A stretch of 64,000 nt of DNA from Lytechinus pictus. Lineage: Eukaryota. The notes below the pieces were generated by a model. That model saw nothing but the letters and a program-made list of their open reading frames with translations. It had not been told where the DNA came from and searched no databases. Numbering within the stretch: position 1 is the first letter of the stretch; each line of letters opens with the position of its first letter. Below, piece after piece: positions 41,501-53,581 of the stretch. Where the stretch lies: NCBI RefSeq assembly GCF_037042905.1, contig NC_087251.1, forward strand, positions 39,558,001-39,622,000, in the 5' to 3' direction. Both the position numbers and the translations under genes were made by a program.

Positions 41501-44500
41501 GAGCGAGAGAGAAAGTAAGAAAGAAACAGAGGGGGGGGGGGGAATGAAGGGAAGGGGCTTAGAGAGGAGAAAGATGTAGAGTTCAAGAGAGGATAAGGAG
41601 AAGGGGAAGACTGCGAGGGGAAAGATCTATAGATAAAGAAGGTGAGATAAGAAAGACAGAATTGTGTCTGTATCATAGACAAAAGATAGAAATTGCAGAA
41701 AAGACAGAAAAAGGGATATTTGAACAGACATTGAGAGAATAAGATTAAGTGATTGAGGTTTTTTTTCTCTTTTATGTAGATTGATGGATGGCATGCTTGG
41801 GGACATGAATGAATGAAAAAAAGATACCTTTAGAAGAAGCCATTTTATGTGTATGCACCAAATCAATCTCGACAATGGACGTGTATCAATTTACAATTGT
41901 AATCCATGCATCGGCTTCAAATTTGATCTGTTAGTTTATTTAGATACTTATTGTGTGGAGCAGTGTGGACTGATGGTTCTAACTCTCATGTTGAAACCGA
42001 CAGTCGTGGGTTCAAATCCCAGCCATGGCGAATTTTCCTTCTGCAAGAAATTGGTCCACAGAGTGCTGCACTTAACCCAGGTGAGGGACATGAGTACCGG
42101 CAGGAAGTAATTCTTCAAAAACCTGTGAGCACCGGAATCGGTAGCCAAGATTAGTGGGGGTATTGTAGGAACGGATTGAGCGACCCCCCCTAACAATGAG
42201 GATATCTACACAGATTAATTATCCTAGATATCATCATTATATTATTTTTTTCTTAAACTTTTCCAGGTACTGGATAATGAATTTCCCAATGCACTTTGAC
42301 CTCGACAAGGGGCTGGCGGGGGTCATGAGCCAGCTCCAGAAGATCATCCAATCAGAAGGGAACACACAACTCAAACACGTGGTTGATATCTCCAATGTGT
42401 GAGTAGCATTCTCTTTTAGGTACCCATCTGAATTTTTGAAGCACCACAATGACCGATGAAGATGTTTCGGGCTTTCTGAAATTTGTCTAGATGGAAGAGT
42501 AAATAATCATTGTACATCAAGAAATGCTACGGCTATGGCTTCAGATTTAGATTTCTTTTAACAAATGTTTTAATCTGGATTGCCTTCCGTAGCAATGATT
42601 GAGTTATCATAAGACTTAATAGCGTGAATCTGTAAATTGCCAATTTGTCCACTGCCAACTCATCCACTCACCTCATGGTCTACCTTCGTTTAGTCTAATG
42701 CCATTCAGTCCATCCACATTTCGTCTAATGACCATTTGGTCCAATCATCAATTCGTCTAACCACCAGTTCGTCTATAACCATTTCATCTCGTAACCAGTT
42801 GGCCTAATGTTTGTTTTATTTTCATTCATTTTGCCCAATTAACACTTAGTTTAATTAGACCAAATGGTATATGGACTAAATAGCTATTGGACTAACTGGT
42901 TATTAGACAAAGTGGTGAGTGGACGAAATGGCAATTAGACCATGGTGATATTGGACGAACTGATGGTAGACCAAATGATAGTAGACGAGATGGCAATTGG
43001 ACGAATTGGCATTGGACCAAATGAAAATAAACCGCATAAATCCATGTCATACTATTTAGGGGGGGGTGAAAAAATACTTCATCCCCTCCTCCCCCTGAAG
43101 CAGTAGCGTACCGTGAGCCGGAGGAGACAAAGCATTGGGGGGGCACTGCATTGTTCACAGACAATGCAGTGCCCCCCCAATGCTTTGTCTCCTCCGGCTC
43201 ACGGTACGCTACTGCCCTGAAGTATAGGTTCACTGCTTGGATTTATGCCAGTGAAAAGATTTTAGTCAAGAATGATCGTCAGCAAAATGGAGTGTTGCGT
43301 AAGTCCGATAGCTAGCCTGTCAAACATCTTTGTCTAATAAATTAAGGAAATTTAAGCATCAGTTTAAAGAAAGAGAACTGTGTCATTCCTTGACATTTAC
43401 CTTTGATTCAGTTTCATATGAAAGATTAGGGGTCCATTTCATAAAACTAAAATAGTGAACTTGTCATTGAAATTGTGCATTTGTTATTATAACAAGTCTT
43501 TATGAAAATTTTCCCCAGATACAGAACTTTTGAGACCTGTGATTTTCTTTTTTTTAATTCAGATATTGTCTGCCAAATGAAATGTCAGCTTCCTTTCATG
43601 TGTGGAGTATGTGTCATTATGATTTACCAGATGAAAGAAGAGAGTCTAAACTTTAAAATGATATGTCATTTTTCAATCATGCTTGTGATGGAAATGATTA
43701 TAAAGCATTGGAAATTCTTGATTTCGTTTTTTGGGATTGACTGCATAGCCCTAATTTAGAAGTACCGGTACAACTTCAGCTCAGTATGATGTCAGATTAG
43801 ATACACTATGTTGACCTTACCATGATTATTTGTATTTCAGGCCATCCTATGATTGGATGAGGGTAGTATCGGTCAGGAATCCATCAGTACGAACCAATAG
43901 GAAGGTCTCGCTGGTCTTCAATCATTTAGAACCTAAGGAACTAGCGGATCATCTCACATTCCTGGAATACAAGATCTTCAGAAGATTAAATGTATGTATC
44001 ATTTAAAAAAGATTTTTTTTTTCAAGCAAAGAATGATTAGACCCACATGGTCTAATCCTAGTTCGTCTCTAACCAGTTTGTCCACTAACCATCAGGGGCC
44101 CGTCTTACAAAGACTTGCGATTGATTCAATCAATCGCAGCTATAGAAAGCCAGCAAGGTCAACATATAAAATGCATTTTGCTCAAAATTTTTTCTAGATA
44201 TGAAATGAATGTATATCCATAAATTAATTGATTTCTTGACAGCTCGGTGTGTTCTCCTTTGTTTACAAAGGACATTTTGCATATTTCCTGTAGAAAAAAT
44301 TATGACACTGATGGATTTCCATAGAGTTACGATTGATTGGGTCAATCGTAACTCTTTGTAAGACGGGGCCCTGGTCTAAGTGCCAATTACCCTATTTAGC
44401 ATCCACTTGGTCTAACACCATTTAATCCTATTTCATTTGGTCTTACACCATTCAGGGGGTGTTGATGTTGCAATTTTACAATTGATTGATCACCTTTAGG

Positions 44501-47500
44501 GCCCCATCTTACAAGGAGTTGCTATTGATCCGATCAATTGCAACTATGGACGGCCAGCAATGTCAACATCCAAAATGCATGTTTGTTCAAAATATTTTTA
44601 AGCTATGATGTATATTCATGCATTAATTGTTTTCTTAAAAATTCACTGTGCTTCTCTTTGTTTACAACTACATTGTGCAAATTTCCGGTATAAAAATTTA
44701 TGACACTGATGGTTTTCCATAGAGTTATGATTAATTGAATCAATCGTAACTCTTTTTGAGACGGGCCCCAGATTACACTCCTTGTTGCAGGATTAGATCA
44801 GCTCCCAACCACAAATTTTTAATTAACATCAAGACATATGATTGATTTAGTGAATGAAAGTAGACTTGCAATTGATCGCAAGTTTCTTGCAATGGCCAAT
44901 AAGTCTATATGGTTTGATGAACTGTTTAATTGACAAATTGCAAAATGATTAGAAGATAAGGGGGAAATTAGATCATTTCTACAAACGATTTAATGAGAAT
45001 TAGGTTATGTGGGTATTTGATCAAGTGGATTACCAAACGGCAATTAGACCAATTGGTTTTAGTCCTTGTGGTATTAAACAATCTGAAAAGTAGACAAACT
45101 GCTGTAATCTTTACACTTAATATAAGTATAATACTTAATTTATTATTTAGTTGTAATTGTTCTGGATATCTCATACATGTATTTCCTTTTCTTAATTTAA
45201 TTTTTGTATGCAACATATCAGTATTACTATCTTTAACTGTTAAGTGGAGTGTTCTCTATCAATAAATCAATAAACTGAAATTGTCTTTTCTCTCCTCTCT
45301 TTTCTCTTGGCCAGTTTGCTGATCTGAAGAGTTATGCCCTCTCTGGTCAGTTAAAAGACAACTTAAAGCTTGAGCGATCCATCGGTCTCTTCAACGGCCT
45401 CTCGCTGTGGATAGAATGCATGGTTTTAAGTAGACATACGCCTAAACAGAGAGCAGAGGTCATTACAAAGTTTGTACATGTGGCAAAGGTAGGTTGAAAT
45501 GGTCATGCAAACAATGCAATTCACAAATTTATTATTGTATTATTATATTTGAGTTATTTTAAATTTCAAATTTAAATTCACTCCCATAAAAACTGTTAAA
45601 GTTGCATTGACATGGTATGTTTCTTATATTTATGCATTTAAATCTCTCAAAAATATTAGGTATTATTTTATTGTGGTTTACAAGAGATGATTTTGTTGAT
45701 CTGTTTCTTAGAACTGTCCCTGATTGTCTGATTAACAAGGGGTCACGAAAGGTCATTACTTCTGCTTAATAATTATTTTTAATCAAGAATATAGGGCATT
45801 TAATAGTACATATATATTGCAACACCCTGATTATTCTCTGTTTGATTTTGGCAATGGTTCTTGTTTGTTTTTGAATGAAACAGAGGTTACGGCAGCTGAA
45901 TAATTTCAATACTTTGATGGCTGTGGTCGGTGGTTTGAGCCATAGTTCCCTGGCGAGGTTACGGCAAACATCTGCTCATGTCTCATCAGAAACGCAGAAG
46001 GTAATGTTTTAGCTTTCCATATTCCATATGGCACTTAATACATAAGTCATCAGCGAAGTTTGATATAATTTGATAAATTCGTCACGATCCTCCACTTCCA
46101 TTTCTCTCATTCCCCCCCAAAAAAAATTAAAAAATCCAAACCCTTGGGTAAAGATCATTTGTTCACTCATCCTCTTAGTTATGGAACAGCCTTCCTGAAG
46201 ACATTAGAATTTACCTCCTGAAACTAAAAAAAAAACACCTAACAATATTTCTGTTTAATTTTTCATAATTTCCTTTAACATCTCCTGAAAAGCTCCTTGA
46301 GCACTCTACAGAGTGAATTTGGCTTGATATTAGTCCAATATTTTATTATTATTGTTATTATTATTATGGTGATGATGATGGTGAAGCTGAATGTATGAGC
46401 AACTTTGCAGATGACTTAAAAATAGAAAGTAAAAAATAGCTTTTAAATATTTTCCCCCTCAGTCGGTATATTATGTAGTTGGGGTTATTGGAGGAACAAG
46501 AAAACATTTGTGTGAAAATATAATGGAGACACATACCTCCCTGCATCCCTCTATGCATAGGACCATGACTGTATGTCTCATTGTATTTATGTTAGATTAA
46601 ATCGGATTTAAAATCTGGAATTCAAATTTCATTCTAAACCTGGATGACTGACTGAATATCGAAAGTGATTGATTTATGGTTTGTGATTTTTATTTTAGTA
46701 GGTTATCATGATCATGATCCGATGATATGTGGTTATTTTTCATGTTTAGATCAGTTCAGAATTATCAGAGATGTTGTCATCGGCAAGTAACTTCAGCAAT
46801 TACCGAAAGGCTCTAGCGGAGGCAAGAGGATTCAAGATTCCTATCTTGTAAGTACTAATAAAGAATGATATTCCACTTTGTATAGGCGCTTAGGGATTTA
46901 CATATACAGTATCACAGTTATTGGATCTTTGCTTGTTCACTGTACATTGTATGCACTTTCTCCACTAACTGCAATAGAAAACCCTAACATGCTTTATCCT
47001 TTTCAGTCTCATCAGCAATATATAACATAACATTCAATTTGAAATCTCTGAGAGTATCTGTATTTGAGTAGATTGGATATTGATGATATGGGTTCTAATA
47101 TATTTTGTAGGATTATAATGATACCACATCAAAATCCACTCTAATATAATCTTTTTATAACTAATAAACAGGTTTAAGCTATCTGTCTTTGTTTTTCTTC
47201 GTTTTTATTAATATATATTTTGCTATACATGTATATTATATGAATAAAGGTTAGCTATTATATTAAGAAATGTTCTATCGTATTTTTATACATTTTCAAA
47301 TATTCTAGATATATTTTCTTAAAATGTTCATATATTTTCTCAAATAAGCGTATAGGTGGAAATTGTTAGCAATTTATCAATGTGGATGGATACATGTAAG
47401 TGTGTATCCTCATATCAACTGTATTCAATTTGACTCAGGGGCCTGTTTCATAAAGACTTCTGATCAAGGTAACTTTGCCATTGTGCATACCATGGTAACA

Positions 47501-49877
47501 TGGCTCAACAGCCAATCTTAATCAAGATTTCCATGGTAGTTTCCATAATGGCAGAGCTCCAATACTTGTAATTCTTTATGAAACTATCCCAAGATCATCG
47601 CGCAAATTGGCGTCCATTCCCTCTTTCGCCTGCCACCGGGTTAAGACATCAGATAAGTGCACTCTCAAAAATTGCGATATAACGTATATTTTGGGACTCA
47701 TATTTTGCCATTCGTTCTCCCTTTTCCAATCTAACCTTTTTTGCGTTTAGATTGTTCTTCTTTATATCCCCAGCGAGGAGCTTTCGTGTTGATTTTTCAT
47801 GATTTATTCCCTATTTTCTTGTGAGTGTCTGAACCTTTTGATTCGTTCCTCGCAGACGGGTTGCCTCGCTCCCCCCCTCCCCGCAGCCTCCGTGCTCTCC
47901 TGCGTGTCTCGGGTGTCTGTTCGACGCTTGAATTTAATTTGTTCCTTCTCCGAAAAAGAAGAAATCTTCGCCTGGGCGAATCCTTGTCTGATTCTTGTGC
48001 CGATGGCCAGGCATCGCAACTTTTTAAGTTGCTCCAGAGCGCCTTTGAGCACTACGGGTTTTTACCCCCTCGCTCCTCGTCAGCTTCAGCCAACGGTGTC
48101 ACCCAATACCGAGCGGACCAAGCAGACACCAGCCATCCTGCACCTCGGGGAGCATCCAGCGACTCATACGAGTCGCCGGCTCTAGTGCCTACACGGGAAT
48201 CTCCTGTGAACATACAGGCGCTGCCGACTACTGGGGTTCGTCCCAGACGGCTTCTTCTGGTTCTGTTGAGTTTTTTCTAGCTCCCCCTTCGGATCTTTCC
48301 TCGGTTACAGAGGACAAGTTTGGTGCCCAGTCCGGGCCTTGAAGAGGTATCAAGGAAATTCGCAACTCTAATCAGTTGTTTTTACTTCGCATGAGCCGTT
48401 CGCAGCAGCATCTCATGATACCATTTCACGCTGGATTGTGGAAGCATTAAAGTCAGCTGGTGATGACGCTCTCTTTTCTGACACTCGGCTGAGGGCCCAC
48501 GATACCAGGAGTATCGCTACGTCTTGGGCTCTGTTCAATGGAGTCGCTTTAGACGACATTCTGAGGACCGCTTTCTGGCGCTCTGCCAATTCCTTTACGT
48601 CTTTTTATCTAAAGGATATTCCGTCGGGCGAGGCATTATTTGCCTCTTCTGCCTTGAAGGCAGTGGACCCCATGTCTCCATCTCCCTAATTTTTGCGCAC
48701 TTTCTCATATTTAGACATGCTTCCCTTCTCATTGAGTCTGTGTTGGTCTAGCAAGTCAAATGAATATATCCCAGTTATAAATAGTAAATTACGAAAATAG
48801 TTACCATGATTTTCTTTTTTACGAGATAACTGGATATATTCATTTGAACCTTCCCACCGTCCCCTCGTCTTGCGTGGCAACATACATGTATCTCTTGGTT
48901 CAGGCTCATAAGAGGAAATGACGCCAATTTGCGCAATGATCTAGGAATAGTGCGTACGTAGGGAGATGCAGCATGCGCACAGGAAAAATTGTGTGCACAC
49001 TATTCGGTGTGCAAGTTAATCGCAATGAACTAGCAAAGCAAATGAATATATCCAGTTATCTCGTAAATAAGAAAATCATGGTAAGTATTTTTATAATTCA
49101 AGACAGTATGTAGGCTTTCGAAGACTTTGCCTGTTCACACTCAATTCCCTTCATACAATATTACATTAAAAAAAAACCACACTAACAAGAAATTAATGTT
49201 TATTCGGGATGTGGTTTTGGTTTTTCTGTAGCAATACAAATACACTTGTTCCTTCCAATTTCATATATATATATATATATGTATATATACCTATGCAAAA
49301 TTTTGGTTCTATGGCTTGAATTAATCCTCCTTATCTTCTCTTTCCTTTAATTCCATGTGGCTTCTCCTCTTCTATGTCTTCTTTATATAATCAGAGGTAA
49401 GTCTGTTAACATCTTTTTACCTTATGATGAAATTTGAAGAAAAAAATGCTGGTATTTGTATGTACAAATGTATATATTTGATCTAGACTGATTTAGATTT
49501 CTAGAAGTCAAAGAGATGAAATCCTGTTAAAATGAGCTATAATGATTCTCAGTGACCCACCAGGGATTCTGTAGGTTTTATTTAACAAGTCATTGTGCAT
49601 TTAGCTCATTTCCATTTATAGCTGTTTGAAGCTAAAAAGAGGACATATTGTAATTGGAGAATTGTCATCAACTGTATGGTCTAGATTTGTTATTTCTTCC
49701 TAACTGAATGTAACTATTGAATAACTTTGCTAATTACTTATATGCAAGTAGCAATTATTAATGTTGTCATTATCATCATCATCTTTTTCATCATCACCAT
49801 TGTTATTGTCATCATTATCTTCACCATCGTCATCATCATCATCCATCATCATCATTATCATCATCATTGCTGTCATC

Positions 49878-49909
<32 letters not shown>

Positions 49910-52900
49910 CATCATTGCTGTCATCATCACCATCATCATCATCATCACCTTCCACCTCATCATCATCGCCATTATCATCATTGTTCCTTTTTGCTTACAT
50001 ATTCTAAAGTCATTAACCATTCTGTTTTACTTATTTTTATCTCCTCTCTCATAAAAAATGTTATGGCCAAGGTCGGATTCCTCTTTCAAATGAGGGTAAC
50101 CATTGATGCTGATGTATTTTTTCTTAATGATCATTATTTCCTGTCCAGGGGTCCACCTGAAGGACCTGATCCTCCTGCACACAGCCCTCCAGGACAAGAC
50201 AGAGGATGGTCACATCAACATGAGGAAGATGGCCCAGCTCTCTGTCACCTTCGCTGAACTCATGCAGCTCCAGAACTGCAAGCAACCTCTTGCCGCCAAC
50301 ATGGACCTAGTTAACATGCTCAGGGTGAGGGAAAATTGCCACCATGGCCCGTAAGACAAAGCTTAGCAATGATCATAAAACATTTTTGAACGATTGATTG
50401 AATTGGCTACAATCAATTGTGAAAATCATGCGTACGATTGATTGCTAAGTTTTGTGTTACAAGACCCAATGGCTATCAGAATACCGTACAATGGCCCATA
50501 TTCTGAAGTCAGGTTAACTTGGACCACGGTCTAAGTCTGTGCTAAAATTATGGGGGATTGAAAAATTCTGTTTCTATTGTATATTTCTTATGTTTACTAT
50601 TTTGCTTTCATAATGAAGAAAAATACTTCAAAATTCTTCATTTATCCCTTCTAGACAATTACGAATAATTTTGTGTGTCATTTGAGTTAATAAATTGGAT
50701 GTGTACTGTTAAGGATTTGTGCCCAATCGGCTCTCCATACTTAAACCACAACTTTAAACCAGGGTTTAATTTAAACCCGAGTTCAGAATGCGGGCCTATG
50801 GGTTTATCCCATGTAGTATTAGACTGTCTGAGAGGTAGACCAATTGCTTGTAGACAAAGTCAATATACACCAAGATAAGATCAGGGCCCCGTCTTACAAA
50901 GATTTGCGATTGATCCAATCAATCGCAACTATGGAAAGCTTGCAAATTCAACATATAAAATGCATGTTTATTTTTTTTTTAATTCTAGATATGAATGTAT
51001 ATCCATGAATTGATTGATTTCTTGACAATTTGGTGTGATCTCCTTTGTTTACAAACGCCATTTTGCAAATTTCCTGTAGAAGAAATTATGACACTGATGG
51101 ATTTCCATAGAGGTACGGTTGATTGGATCAATCATAACTGTTTGTAAGACGGGGCCCCGAGGAGCATTTCATCATGAAAGAGTTAATCTGTGATTTTCAC
51201 TGACTAGTTTGCTCTTGGCCAATCAGATACAAGGATTTCAGAAGCTTGTAACATTTGTCGATGAAAATCACCGACAAAGCTTCATGAAACACACCAAGGG
51301 CCTTTTGTTGCTTTTAAAAGTCATTATTAACCGTATCAGACTTCTGAGCAATGTCACTGTTACATTTTGTTAACCTGCTTTGGAAAACCATAGAAAGAGC
51401 AAAAAGGACCAAGTTCTGTATTTGTATGACTTCAGATAATTGAAAAACAAAACATACATAATAGAAAACAAATACACAATGTCTTTCTTGGATCCAGCAA
51501 ATTTGGGGTATTCAGAGACCTAAAATAGTAACCTTTCCCTTGAGGCAACTTTCCATCAAACTTATGGTATCCTCGGCAAGCCTCAGGGATAGTGAATTGA
51601 TTGATGGCCCCTGGGAAAAGTTCTTTGTTACCCAATCCTTGAAGACATAAGCTTTGCCGTCCCATTGTAAAATCCATTGAATCCTTGATTTTGATTGGCT
51701 GGTGAGCCGTTGTTACCACAGTACTTACCATACGGTAGTTTCTCAAGAAGTGGTATTATCTTTAATGCTCTTTATATATTAAAAAAAACTCTTTTAGGCT
51801 TCATTGGATCTACAGTACACTGAGGATGAGATCTATGAATTGTCCCTGGCCAGAGAACCAAGAAATTCAACCAGTACTGTAAGTTTATGATTGATATGAA
51901 AAGTTCAATTCATGCAATTTTGTTGCCAGTTGGCAGCCATTGGAACAGTATTCATTCATTACTTATGCTAAAATCTGATGTCAACTCACATCAAATGAAC
52001 TTAAGTACTTGTGAAATCGTTTTGTTTAGTAGGATTCAATCACTATATTCAACATTTACACAGGAGATCTGTCAGAAGTATACAAGAAATTGATCCACAT
52101 AGTGCTGCATTCAACCCAGGTAAGGTGAATGCATACCATGCAGGATAAATTCCATGAACTTACTGAGTGCTGGAATTGGCAGCTTGAACTTAAGCCAGGG
52201 TGATGATATTAGAGCGCTTCTGAGACGATTGTTTCTAGATAGATCATGTTGATACATTCTATTATTGTTACTACATGTATTATTTTCCTTTGTATCATCA
52301 TCATAATCATCTTCGTCATCATCATAATCATCTTCATCATCATCATTATTATCATCATCATCATCGCAGCCATCATCATTATCATCATCATCATCTTCTT
52401 CTTCATCACCATCATCATCATTATCATAATCTTCATCATTATCATCATCATCATCACAGTCATCATCATCACAGTCATCATTATCAAAATCATCATCATC
52501 ATCATCACCGTCATTATCACCATCATAATCATTATCATCTTCATCATCATCATCACAATCATCATCTTCACAGTCATCATCATCATCATCATATTCATGT
52601 TCATCATCATCTTCATCATCATCATCATCATCATCATCACAATCATCATCATCACAGTCATCATCATCATCATCATCATCATATTCATGTTCATCATCAT
52701 CATCATCATCATCGTCATCACAATCATCATCAGCCATCATTATCATCATCATCATCACAATCATCATCACAGTCATCATCATCATCATCATTATTATCAT
52801 CATCATCACAATCATCAGCCATCATCATCTTCATCATCATCATCATCATCATCTTTATCATCATCATCACAGTCATCATCATCATCATCAGAACAGTCAT

Positions 52901-53541
52901 CATTATCATCATACGTGTTAATTATCATCATTATCATCATTATCATTCTACATAACAAGATTACTAATTGCCAATTTGTGGTTTGAATGATAGCCCCCAA
53001 CCCCCACCAAGCCTGCAGTGTTCGCAGAGTGGGCAGCCGGTGTGTCGCGGCATGCTGACCAAGAATCGATCGCCAAACATGTGACTGCTATGGTAGAGGT
53101 GAGTACAGATGAAATGAAAATGGTTAAACATTAACTTTCAGTGGAAAAAATAATATGCTACCAGAAAAAAAAATGTACAACTTCATGATAATGTTTTAAC
53201 AAATTGATATTTAAAAGGGAAAAGGTTTTTAGAATATTTTTGGAAAACTCAACAGAGATACAATTCCTGATGTCCTCAAGAAAGCTGTTCCACAATGCTG
53301 GGTATGCATGAGCAAGGGATTATTTCTACCAACTTTGTGGAATTATATGGGAACCAAATGTTGATGAGCGTATAGATCCAATTGGTCTGTAGTAATTGAT
53401 AAAAAAAGTTATTTATAAGCTGTTAACTCTAATTACATATTACCTCACTTCATATCCTCAGTGTAACCATTCTGGCGTGATGTAAAAATAACTGCAGGCA
53501 TATCAAGCCTTTTTTATAATAAGGCCATTGAATGTATGTTC

Positions 53542-53581
<40 letters not shown>

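Noticed and set aside
47799..48280. Independent genes from ORFs of 82-151 aa
   Set aside because: Lie inside the DIRS-like remnant; at most a degraded gag-like fragment with no recognisable domain.
46848..50148. RasGRP as a frameshifted pseudogene
   Set aside because: All other exons and splice sites are intact, and the phase mismatch is exactly resolved by the 49395-49396 micro-exon.
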